24,000 nucleotides of DNA from Xanthobacteraceae bacterium (GCA_035556735.1 DATMFF010000012.1:3705-27704); one strand, 5' to 3'; shown: positions 9,363 through 20,581, counted from the stretch's first letter. A program made the numbers and translations. Notes: generated by a model not told the origin, from the letters alone.

Positions 9363-9416
9363 GGATTTGAAGTTCGTGGACGGACGTGCAGCAGATGCTG
9401 TAGGAACTTCAAATCC
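9363..9416. promoter_or_regulatory. 13-bp perfect inverted repeat GGATTTGAAGTTC (9363-9375) / GAACTTCAAATCC (9404-9416) with a 28-nt spacer, in the xerC/priA divergent intergenic region
   Basis: Read directly. The spacer holds a nested CAGC-agat-GCTG mini-hairpin. A third GAACTTC copy lies at 9310-9316. The element ends 59 nt upstream of the priA ATG. Confidence 0.6.
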
Positions 9417-9474
9417 GTCGCACTGGGCGATAATTGCACCCGCTGCTTACCCGTCCACTAACAGGCGAAGGCGC

Positions 9475-11649
9475 ATGGCCAGCCGCGTGGTCGACGTGCT
9501 CGTGCCCGTGGCGCTCGACCAGACATACTCCTATCGCGTCCCCGCCGACATGCCGCTCGCGCCGGGCGATATGGTCAGCGTGCCCTTGGGCGCGCGTGAC
9601 GTGCTGGGTGTGGTCTGGGCCGACAATCCCAGCCCCAATCCGCGTCTGCACAATCGTCTGAAGGACATCGACGAGAAGCTCGACTATCCGCCGCTCAAGC
9701 CGGAGCTGCGCAAGCTCGTCGAATGGATGTCGAACTACACGTTGGCCCCGCGCGGGATGGTGCTGCGCATGTGCCTGCGCATGGGCGAGAACCTCGGGGC
9801 GGAGCGCGTTCGCATCGGCGTGCGCCTGGTCGGCCCGCCGCCCAAGCGGATGACCGCTGCGCGCAACCGCGTGCTCGTCCTGCTTGCTGACGGCCTGCTG
9901 CGCAGCAAGCGCGAGGCGGCGGAGGAGGCCGGGGTCAGCCCTAGCGTGATCGACGGGCTGGTTGACGATGGCACGCTCGCCGCCGAGCCGATGCCGGTGG
10001 AGCCGGTCGCGCGCGTGCCCGATCCGGATCATCGTGTGCCTGAATTGTCCGACGCCCAGCGCGAAGCGGGCGAGGCGTTGCGTGCCGGCGTGCGCGACGG
10101 CGGTTTCCAGGTCACGCTGCTCGATGGCGTCACCGGCTCGGGCAAAACCGAGGTCTATTTCGAAGGCGTGGCCGAGAATATCCGGCGTGGCCGCCAGACG
10201 TTGATCCTGATGCCGGAGATCGCGCTCACCAGCCAGTTCCTCGACCGGTTTGCCGCGCGCTTCGGGGTTCGTCCCGCCGAATGGCACTCCGAAGTGCCCT
10301 CGCGCCGGCGCGCCCGTACCTGGGCAGGAGTGGCCGCCGGCGAGGTCAGCGTCGTCGCCGGCGCACGCTCGGCCCTGTTCCTGCCCTTCACCGACCTCGG
10401 CCTGATCGTGATCGATGAGGAGCACGACGGCGCGTACAAGCAGGAGGACGGCGTACACTACCACGCGCGCGACATGGCGGTTGTGCGTGCGCGCATCAAC
10501 AACATCCCGCTGGTGCTGTCGTCGGCAACGCCCTCGGTGGAGACCGAGGTCAACGCGCGGCGTGGGCGCTACCGCCGGCTGCATCTGCCGGAGCGGTTCG
10601 GCGGACAGCATCTGCCCGCCATCGAAGCCATCGATCTGCGCCGCGAAGGCCCACTGCGCGGCCGTTTCATCGCGCCGCGCCTTGCCGAAGCGGTGAAGAT
10701 AGCGATCGAGCGCAAGGAGCAGGCGTTGCTGTTCCTCAACCGTCGCGGCTATGCCCCGCTCACGCTGTGCCGCGCCTGCGGGTATCGCTTCGCCTGCCCC
10801 AACTGCGACGCATGGCTGGTCGATCACCGATTCCGCCAGCGCCTCGTCTGCCACCACTGCGGCTATTCGGTCGCGACGCCGAAGGTCTGTCCCAAATGCG
10901 AGGCGACCGATTCGCTGGTCGCCTGCGGCCCCGGAGTCGAGCGGCTGGAGGAGGAGGTGGCGACGCTGTTCCCGGGCGCGCGCGTGCTGGTGCTCTCAAG
11001 CGATCTCATCGCCACCATCGAGCGCATGCGCGAGGAGCTCAAGGCCATCGCGGAGGGGCGGGTCGACATCATCATCGGCACGCAGCTCGTCGCGAAGGGA
11101 CATCACTTTCCAATGCTCAACCTGGTCGGCATCGTTGATGCCGACCTCGGCCTGTCCAACGGAGATCCGCGCGCCGCTGAGCGCACGTTCCAACTGTTGC
11201 ATCAGGTGGCCGGCCGCGCGGGCAGGCACGAGGGTCGTGGCGTCGGGTTCCTGCAGACGCATCAGCCCGAGCACCCGGTGATGCGCGCGTTAATCGCGCA
11301 GGACCGCGCTGCGTTTTACGACGCCGAGATCGAGGTGCGCGAACGCCAGGGCTATCCGCCATTCGGGCGGCTCGCCAGCATCATCGTCTCGGGCGGCGAT
11401 CGTCATTCGACCGAGGCTTTCGCGCGGCAGATCGCGCGGGCCGCGCCGCTCACCCAGGACGTGCTGATCCTTGGGCCGGCGGAGGCGCCGCTCGCGGTGG
11501 TGCGCGGGCGGCATCGATTTCGCCTACTGGTAAAGTCGGCGCGTGCATTCGATCTGTCGGGATATGTGCGCGAATGGCTCGTAGCCGCGCCCAAGCCGAA
11601 GCGGAAGCTGGCTCTGCAGGTCGATATCGACCCGCAGAGTTTCCTGTGA
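9475..11649 (+). CDS. priA: primosomal replication-restart helicase PriA
   Basis: Frame of ORF 9355..11649, started at ATG 9475 (MASRVVDVLVPVALDQTYSY, the typical PriA N-terminus). It has Walker A GVTGSGKT, the DEEH box VIDEEHD and the Cys-rich zinc region CRACGYRFACPNCDAWLVDHRF...CHHCGY...CPKC. The product is 724 aa. Confidence 0.93.
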   Translation: MASRVVDVLVPVALDQTYSYRVPADMPLAPGDMVSVPLGARDVLGVVWADNPSPNPRLHNRLKDIDEKLDYPPLKPELRKLVEWMSNYTLAPRGMVLRMCLRMGENLGAERVRIGVRLVGPPPKRMTAARNRVLVLLADGLLRSKREAAEEAGVSPSVIDGLVDDGTLAAEPMPVEPVARVPDPDHRVPELSDAQREAGEALRAGVRDGGFQVTLLDGVTGSGKTEVYFEGVAENIRRGRQTLILMPEIALTSQFLDRFAARFGVRPAEWHSEVPSRRRARTWAGVAAGEVSVVAGARSALFLPFTDLGLIVIDEEHDGAYKQEDGVHYHARDMAVVRARINNIPLVLSSATPSVETEVNARRGRYRRLHLPERFGGQHLPAIEAIDLRREGPLRGRFIAPRLAEAVKIAIERKEQALLFLNRRGYAPLTLCRACGYRFACPNCDAWLVDHRFRQRLVCHHCGYSVATPKVCPKCEATDSLVACGPGVERLEEEVATLFPGARVLVLSSDLIATIERMREELKAIAEGRVDIIIGTQLVAKGHHFPMLNLVGIVDADLGLSNGDPRAAERTFQLLHQVAGRAGRHEGRGVGFLQTHQPEHPVMRALIAQDRAAFYDAEIEVRERQGYPPFGRLASIIVSGGDRHSTEAFARQIARAAPLTQDVLILGPAEAPLAVVRGRHRFRLLVKSARAFDLSGYVREWLVAAPKPKRKLALQVDIDPQSFL

Positions 11650-11662
11650 GGCCTTACCTCAC
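11646..11662. other. Small hairpin GTGAGG-cctta-CCTCAC containing the stop codons of both convergent genes (priA TGA 11647-11649; EamA TAA 11654-11656)
   Basis: Read directly: 6-bp stem, 5-nt loop, no U-tract on either strand. Only 4 bp separate the two stop codons. Confidence 0.5.
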
Positions 11663-12565
11663 TGCCTTGGGTGCAGCCGGGGCATGGGGCTGCAGCAGCG
11701 CGCACACGGATGCCGCGAAGATCAGCGCGAATCCGACGATGTCGTAGGCCGTGGGAATCTCGCCCAGCAGGAAGATCGACGAAACCACGCCGATCACCGG
11801 GGAGGCCAGTGCGCCAAGCGAGGCGGTCGTCGCCGGCAGGAGCCGGATGATGTGGAACCAGATGAAATACGCGATGCCGGAGCCGAACAGGCCGGCGAAG
11901 GCTGCGCCTGAAAGCGACCACCAGCCGGCATCCCACAGGCGGAACGAGCCTTCCAAGAATGGCACGAAGCTCGCCATCACCACAAAGGCGATCATCAACT
12001 GCCAAGCCGCCAGCGTGAACGGATCGAGGTCGAGGCGCCGCCACTTCAGATAGATCGTGCCGATCGCCCAACTCACGGCCGCGCCGAGCGCCAACAGCAG
12101 TCCGAGCGGAACACCCGCCGCGGCCAAGGGCCAGATCAGCACGCCCATGCCGATGCAGCACAGGAGCAGTGCGACGAGGCGGGTCGGCGGCAACCACTCG
12201 TGCAGGAGCAGGCGCGCGAGGACGCTGGCCCAGATCGGCATGGTGTAGACGAGGATCGCGACACGGCCGGTGAACGACATGAGTTGCGCGAAAGCCGTGC
12301 ACAGGCTGAAGACGATGACGTTAAACGTCGCCAGCACGAGGATGTCGAGCCAGCGGCCGTGCGGCAGGTGCACGGGACGGCGCGCCAGCCACGCCAGAAC
12401 GAGCAGCGACAGCGCGCCGATCCCCGCCGACGTGGCGCGCATGGTGAACGGCGGAATGTCGATGAGCGCGATCCGCATGGCGGGCCAGGTCAAGCCCCAG
12501 AACAGGCACAGGACGACCAGCAGCAGCCTCGCCTTCAGCGCGTCGGTCATGGGCGCTTTGGTCAC
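11654..12565 (-). CDS. DMT-superfamily transporter, EamA family
   Basis: 303-aa ORF that is hydrophobic throughout, with about 10 TM segments arranged as two EamA-like halves (LFWGLTWPAMRIAL...; ...AVSWAIGTIYLKW). The GTG start at 12565 is supported by GGGAGGA six nt upstream. The internal ATG at 12550 has no SD. Confidence 0.85.
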   Translation of the reverse strand: MTKAPMTDALKARLLLVVLCLFWGLTWPAMRIALIDIPPFTMRATSAGIGALSLLVLAWLARRPVHLPHGRWLDILVLATFNVIVFSLCTAFAQLMSFTGRVAILVYTMPIWASVLARLLLHEWLPPTRLVALLLCCIGMGVLIWPLAAAGVPLGLLLALGAAVSWAIGTIYLKWRRLDLDPFTLAAWQLMIAFVVMASFVPFLEGSFRLWDAGWWSLSGAAFAGLFGSGIAYFIWFHIIRLLPATTASLGALASPVIGVVSSIFLLGEIPTAYDIVGFALIFAASVCALLQPHAPAAPKAVR

Positions 12566-12608
12566 GCGATGTCCTCCCGGCTCACACGTCTTATCACGCG
12601 GGTCCGGC

Positions 12609-13826
12609 TCATGTCGGCGTGGTGCCTGCCGTCGGGGGGCGGTACCGGCTCATGGCGCTGCCGAGGATGGTGAGTCCCAGCGTGCAGACTGCGATCGGCA
12701 CGAAGGCAGCACGCGGCAGGCCGAGGTGGTCCCATAGGGCGCCGCAGACGATCGGCGCAACCACGGCGCAGGTGTATCCGATCGTGAACATGCCGGCAGC
12801 CGTGCGGTGCACGTCGTCAGGCCGGCTGAGCGAGGGAGGGAGCGCCAGTGTCGTGCCGAAGGTCACGGCGGACGCGACGCCGACAATGCCGGAGGCGGCG
12901 ATCAACCAGCCTCCGTCCGCATAGGCCAGTGCGACCACGCCCACGAGCCCACACAGGCCGAACACCAGATAGGGCCAAGCCCGGTGCAGCATGCGGTCGG
13001 CAAGCAGCAGTAGGAGCGCCAGCGCCACGATCTGCCCCATGTTGAGCCACAGGAGCGCGCCGCCGATCAGGTGGCCGCGCCCGCCGTGGCTCAGGAACTC
13101 CGGCAGCACGGCGCTGAGCGCGTAATAAAGGCTGTTATTGCTTCCGAACGTGAGGCCCAGCATCCAGGTGCGTCCGCTGCGCCAATCCGGCCACCAGCGA
13201 TCCGGAAGGCGCTCGGCTGTCGCTTTGCCGCGTGGAAGCATCGGCAACGCGCCCGTCATGATGACTGCGATCAGCAGCACGGGCGCCGCCCATATCAGCA
13301 GGTCGGCGCGCCAGCTGTACCCCACGAGCGGCATGACCAGGACAAACGTGAGCGCGATCGGCGTGAGCGCGCCTGTCATCATGCCGTTCGTGTAGATTGC
13401 CGTGCCCAGACCAATGCGCTCCGGCACCCACTCGCGCACCAGACGCGGGACCGCCGGCTGCATCACCGCAACCCCGAGGCCGGTGAAGATCGTCGCGAGG
13501 TAAAGCGGCCACACGCCGGAGGTCAGGCCGCGTGCGCCCGATGCCGCAGCCACGATGAAAAGCCCGGCGAGCAGCGTGGCGCCGGCGCCTAGCCGGGCAA
13601 CGAGCAGGGATCCCGGCACCGCCGCGAGCGCGAAGAGCGCGAGTGGCAGTCCGACGAGAGCTCCGATCTGAGCCTCGCTCATGCCCAGGTCCTCGCGGAT
13701 GAGCGGCAGCAGTGGCGGCGTTGCAAGGATCGGGATGCGCATGGCAAGGCCGGCAAGACCAAGCAGCGCCAACGCCGGCAGCAGGCTGGTCAACGGCCGA
13801 CCAGCGCGTGGCGGCGCAGTCGACAT
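12609..13826 (-). CDS. MFS transporter, CynX/cyanate-permease-like family
   Basis: Frame of ORF 12609..13970. The N-terminal region (LALLGLAGLAMRIPILATPPLLPLIREDLGMSEAQIGALVGLPLALFALAAVPG) aligns by eye with the start of E. coli CynX. I start at ATG 13826 (405 aa). ATG 13970 (453 aa, 25 nt after the sugE stop) cannot be excluded. Neither has a clear SD. Confidence 0.78.
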   Translation of the reverse strand: MSTAPPRAGRPLTSLLPALALLGLAGLAMRIPILATPPLLPLIREDLGMSEAQIGALVGLPLALFALAAVPGSLLVARLGAGATLLAGLFIVAAASGARGLTSGVWPLYLATIFTGLGVAVMQPAVPRLVREWVPERIGLGTAIYTNGMMTGALTPIALTFVLVMPLVGYSWRADLLIWAAPVLLIAVIMTGALPMLPRGKATAERLPDRWWPDWRSGRTWMLGLTFGSNNSLYYALSAVLPEFLSHGGRGHLIGGALLWLNMGQIVALALLLLLADRMLHRAWPYLVFGLCGLVGVVALAYADGGWLIAASGIVGVASAVTFGTTLALPPSLSRPDDVHRTAAGMFTIGYTCAVVAPIVCGALWDHLGLPRAAFVPIAVCTLGLTILGSAMSRYRPPTAGTTPT

Positions 13827-13995
13827 GAAGGAAGGACCCGGCGGTGAGTCGGAACGTTCGTGGGCGCGGACGATGCCCGACAAGCCTGCGGCGAGGCAAG
13901 CAATCAAGCCGCTGCGCGCCTGCGCCAAGTTCAGGGCAGATGCGCAGGCGGCGGCCGCAGCGCGTGCCATGCGGGGTGCGCAATACCGCGCCGCC

Positions 13996-14310
13996 CTAGG
14001 AGACGAGCTTGAGTCCGATGATGCCGGCGAGGATCAGCCCGATGCTCGCGAGTCGTAGGGCGGTGGCGGGTTCCGCAAACAGATAGATGCCGAGCAGCGC
14101 GGTGCCGCAGGCCCCAATGCCCGTCCACACCGCGTAGGCCGTCCCCACCGGCAACGACTTGAGCGCAAGCCCGAGGAAGATCACGCTCAGGATCATGCTG
14201 CTGGCGGTCCAGAGCGACGGCCACAGCCGGGTGAAGCCGGCGGTGTACTTGAGCCCGATCGCCCATCCAATCTCGAGCACCCCTGCAATCAGCAGATAAG
14301 TCCAAGCCAT
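13996..14310 (-). CDS. sugE: SMR-family small multidrug resistance protein, SugE/Gdx (guanidinium exporter) subtype
   Basis: 104-aa four-TM protein with the conserved membrane glutamate in [22 protein letters not shown] and the block [12 protein letters not shown] typical of SugE. GAGG lies 9 nt upstream of the ATG. Confidence 0.9.
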   Translation of the reverse strand: MAWTYLLIAGVLEIGWAIGLKYTAGFTRLWPSLWTASSMILSVIFLGLALKSLPVGTAYAVWTGIGACGTALLGIYLFAEPATALRLASIGLILAGIIGLKLVS

Positions 14311-14729
14311 TGGCCAACCTCAATCAACGCGAGAAGATTTCACCCAAGGAGCGCAGGCGACGCTATCATGACACCTCGACCAGAGGCGCCGGATGGAGGC
14401 AACAACGATTAGCCGATGTGCGCCCCGCAGCAATGGCTCGTGTCGAGGGGGGTGGGCGAAAGTTGCTGCGCCCGCCGGTAAGGCCGCCGAACGAGCCGCA
14501 CCGCCCGCGCTGTGCGCCAGCGAGACGGCAGGCTGGTCGTAGCGCTCCAGCGCCGCCATCGGCATCTGCGCCGATGGCTGCCTGACCGGCACCTCGTCGG
14601 TATTGCCCGCGACCTTAAGATTGCTCGTGTGCGCGACGTCGCGCCGTGTTGCGCCTCGCCAGCGCGTGTGTTAGCAAACCCGCGATTTTCGTGGGGTTCC
14701 GGCCTCCTCCTGTGACGCCCCCCGAGATT

Positions 14730-14759
14730 GCAAAATTCCCTTGACATCCAAGGGTTTGC
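14730..14759 (+). other. Bulged hairpin GCAAA-att-CCCTTG acatc CAAGGG-TTTGC in the sugE/atpH gap
   Basis: Read directly: 11 paired positions, a 3-nt bulge and a 5-nt loop. The loop and stem include a TTGACA hexamer (14741-14746). Confidence 0.5.
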
Positions 14760-14810
14760 GCCGGTCCCGCGCGACCAGCCGCGAACCTTGTGGTGTGGGC
14801 TGATAGAACA

Positions 14811-14848
14811 GCATTGCGAGCGAAGCGCCCCCCGGCTTCCGGCAATGC
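14811..14848. repeat. REP-like imperfect palindrome GCATTGC-gagc-GAAGC-gccccccg-GCTTC-cg-GCAATGC
   Basis: The 7-bp outer and 5-bp inner stems were read directly. The CATTGCGAGCGAAGCG core resembles, from memory, the intergenic palindromic repeats that are abundant in Bradyrhizobium/Rhodopseudomonas-type genomes. I have not verified this. Confidence 0.5.
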
Positions 14849-14900
14849 GACAAGTGTGGGCAGGCGCAACTTGGCTGGTTCAGATACAATCGTTTCGGGA

Positions 14901-16960
<2,060 letters not shown>

Positions 16961-17073
16961 GCGAAACGGCCCGGCCGTTGCCGGCGTTGCGGCGAAGAAC
17001 GCATCACGTGAGTGCCCGGCCTGCGTGGCCGGACATGACCAAGAAAGAGACGAGCGGTCCGTAGAGCTAAGAC

Positions 17074-17952
17074 ATGGCCTCACTCAAAGACATGCGGGTG
17101 CGCATCGCCGCGACCAAGGCGACGCAGAAGATCACCAAGGCCATGCAGATGGTCGCCGCGTCAAAGCTGCGGCGCGCCCAGGCGGCCGCGGAAGCCGCGC
17201 GTCCGTTCGCGGAACGCATGGAGCGCGTGCTCGGCAACATCGCGTCGGCCGTCTCCGACATTTCCGCAGCGCCCAAGCTGCTGGCCGGCACCGGCGGCGA
17301 CCGCGTGCACCTGCTCCTCGTGTGCACTGGCGAGCGCGGCCTGTGTGGCCCCTTCAATTCGGCGATCGTTCGCCTGGCGCGCGATCGCGCGAACAGCCTG
17401 ATGGCCGAAGGCAAAGAGGTGAAGTTCTTCTGTGTCGGCCGCAAGGGCTACGAACAGCTCCGCCGCAATTTCGAGAAGCAGATCATCGAGGTGGTCGAGC
17501 TGCGCAGCGTACGCACGCTGCAGTTCGTCAATGCGCAGGACATCGCGGCCAAGATCGCCGCCCTCTACGACGCGGGGGGCTTCGACGTCTGCACCCTGTT
17601 CTTTTCGCGGTTTCGGTCGGTCATCGCGCAAATTCCGACCGCGCAGCAGATCATCCCGGCGGTGTTCCCCGAGCAGGCCGCAGCAAGCGGCCCGGCCGCG
17701 GCCTACGACTACGAGCCGGAGGAGGACGAAATCCTCGCGGAGCTGCTGCCGCGCAATATCGCGGTGCAGATCTTCCGTGCGCTGCTCGAGAACAATGCGT
17801 CGTTCTACGGCGCGCAGATGACCGCAATGGATAACGCGACCCGCAACGCGGGCGAGATGATCCGCAAGCAGACGCTGCAATACAACCGCACCCGGCAGGC
17901 GATGATCACGAAGGAACTGATCGAGATCATCTCCGGCGCCGAGGCGCTCTAA
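17074..17952 (+). CDS. atpG: F1 ATP synthase subunit gamma
   Basis: 292 aa. The N-terminus ([36 protein letters not shown]) and C-terminus ([15 protein letters not shown]) are canonical gamma-subunit helices. Confidence 0.97.
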   Translation: MASLKDMRVRIAATKATQKITKAMQMVAASKLRRAQAAAEAARPFAERMERVLGNIASAVSDISAAPKLLAGTGGDRVHLLLVCTGERGLCGPFNSAIVRLARDRANSLMAEGKEVKFFCVGRKGYEQLRRNFEKQIIEVVELRSVRTLQFVNAQDIAAKIAALYDAGGFDVCTLFFSRFRSVIAQIPTAQQIIPAVFPEQAAASGPAAAYDYEPEEDEILAELLPRNIAVQIFRALLENNASFYGAQMTAMDNATRNAGEMIRKQTLQYNRTRQAMITKELIEIISGAEAL

Positions 17953-17964
17953 TCTTCGAAGTAA

Positions 17965-19407
<1,443 letters not shown>

Positions 19408-19419
19408 GGAGCAGCCCCG

Positions 19420-19833
19420 ATGGCTACCTTTCAACTCGATCTGGTCGCGCCCGACCGCCTGACCTTCTCCGGCGAGGTCGACCAGGTCGACGTTCCGGGA
19501 CTTGAGGGCGACTTTGGCGTGTTCGCCGGCCACGCGCCGACCATTGCGCTGATGCGGCCCGGCATCCTGACCGTGTACGCCAACGGCGCACAACAGCAGT
19601 TCGTGGTGCTCGGCGGTTTCGTGGAGGTCTCGCCGCAAGGTGTGGTGACCGTGCTGGCGGAGACCGCGGCGTCGGTTGCGGAGTTTGACCGTGCCGTGCT
19701 CGCCGCGCGCATCGCCGAGATGGAGACGAGCGTCAAGCAGATGCCATCCGATTCAGCGCTCGACCGCGCCATCGAGCAACTCGATCATTTCCGGCAGATC
19801 GATACGCACCTGCAGGGAACCGCGATGCACTGA
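19420..19833 (+). CDS. atpC: F1 ATP synthase subunit epsilon
   Basis: 137 aa with an AAGGAG SD at 19406-19411. It occupies the last operon position and has a typical epsilon N-terminal beta-sandwich sequence (F.L.LV.P......GEV..V.VPG.EG.FGV..GH.P). Confidence 0.94.
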   Translation: MATFQLDLVAPDRLTFSGEVDQVDVPGLEGDFGVFAGHAPTIALMRPGILTVYANGAQQQFVVLGGFVEVSPQGVVTVLAETAASVAEFDRAVLAARIAEMETSVKQMPSDSALDRAIEQLDHFRQIDTHLQGTAMH

Positions 19834-19860
19834 GCAGCCGCGTCAGCAGCACCTGCTTCG

Positions 19861-19891
19861 AAGGGCCGGCTCGTCCGGCCCTTTCTTTTTT
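19861..19891 (+). terminator. Rho-independent terminator of the atpHAGDC operon
   Basis: AAGGGCCGG-ctcgt-CCGGCCCTT (9-bp stem) followed by TCTTTTTT, starting 28 nt after the atpC stop. Confidence 0.88.
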
Positions 19892-19957
19892 GATGCCGGA
19901 ATCGTGGGACGTGGGCGAGGCCTCCCGCAATTCGAACGGAGAAGCTCAGGCGCGCGG

Positions 19958-20461
19958 TCACTCGGCAAACCGCGCGAACTCCCGCACCACGCGTTCGTAT
20001 ACCGGACGCTTGAATGGAATGATCAGGTCCGGGAGATGGCGAATGGGCTCCCAGCGCCACTCCACGAACTCGGGCTTATGGTGCCCGCCGCCCGGCCGCA
20101 GCACGTTGATCTCATGCTCGCTGCCGGTAAAGCGGAGCGCAAACCATTTCTGCCGCTGCCCCCGGTAGTGCCCCTTCCACGCTTTCCTGGCGACCTGACT
20201 TGGCAGGTCATAGCTGAGCCATTCGTCGATCTCGCCGAGCTTGTGGACGGACCGGATGCTCGTCTCCTCATAGAGTTCGCGCAGCGCAGCGGGATAGGGG
20301 TCCTCGCCCTCGTCGATGCCGCCTTGCGGCATCTGCCAGATGTGCGTGGCGTCGACGTGCTCAGGTCCGTCCATGCGGCGGCCGATGAACGCATGGCCCT
20401 GGTGGTTGAGCACCATGATGCCGACACAGGGGCGGTAAGGAAGATCTTCGAAAGGGGGCAT
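19958..20461 (-). CDS. rppH: RNA pyrophosphohydrolase (Nudix hydrolase)
   Basis: Frame of ORF 19958..20506, started at ATG 20461 ([19 protein letters not shown]). It has the Nudix box [23 protein letters not shown] and an RppH-type C-terminal half (QKWFALRF...EF.EWRW). The product is 167 aa. Confidence 0.9.
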   Translation of the reverse strand: MPPFEDLPYRPCVGIMVLNHQGHAFIGRRMDGPEHVDATHIWQMPQGGIDEGEDPYPAALRELYEETSIRSVHKLGEIDEWLSYDLPSQVARKAWKGHYRGQRQKWFALRFTGSEHEINVLRPGGGHHKPEFVEWRWEPIRHLPDLIIPFKRPVYERVVREFARFAE

Positions 20462-20581
20462 CGATCTGCAACCTGCGCAGTAATCAGCGCAGTGGTGGTG
20501 CCACAAATCGCGCGAGCTGGGTACTGGGTTGAATGGTTGGTGGGAGGAGCATGCGCAGCACCGCGGGGCCGCGCCATCAGC

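Noticed and set aside
9369-9390. Alphaproteobacterial LexA box (GTTC-N7-GTTC / GAAC-N7-GAAC) near priA
   Set aside because: Only one half-site matches (GTTC-N7-GACG; GAAC-N7-GCAA). The direct-repeat consensus is not met.
9403-9420. GGAACTTCAAATCC resembling a tRNA T-arm (GGTTCAAATCC), as a possible tRNA fragment or island attachment remnant
   Set aside because: The flanking bases cannot form a 5-bp T-stem, no acceptor or anticodon arm can be drawn, and no integrase or island genes flank it. The sequence is better explained as one arm of the 13-bp inverted repeat.
14311-14480. Guanidine riboswitch (I, II/mini-ykkC, III) upstream of sugE
   Set aside because: Reading the minus strand, I found no pair of GC hairpins with ACGR tetraloops, no ykkC-III core (GGUCAGGACAAGACGG-like) and no ykkC 3' core (ACACGGCGGGA..AAAAGCCCGGGAG). 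A covariance-model scan is still needed to exclude it formally.
14692-14727. Plus-strand GGGGTTCCGG...CCCGAGA, reminiscent of the 5' half of the ykkC/guanidine-I motif (GGGUUCCGG...GGUCCGAGAG)
   Set aside because: The 3' conserved core is absent. The orientation points toward atpH, which has no known link to ykkC-class riboswitches. The match involves short GC-rich words that could occur by chance.
14741-14746. Perfect -35 hexamer TTGACA as the atp promoter
   Set aside because: There is no plausible -10 element at a 16-18 bp spacing (GTCCCG). The hexamer is part of a hairpin loop and stem. It is kept only as a note within the hairpin finding.
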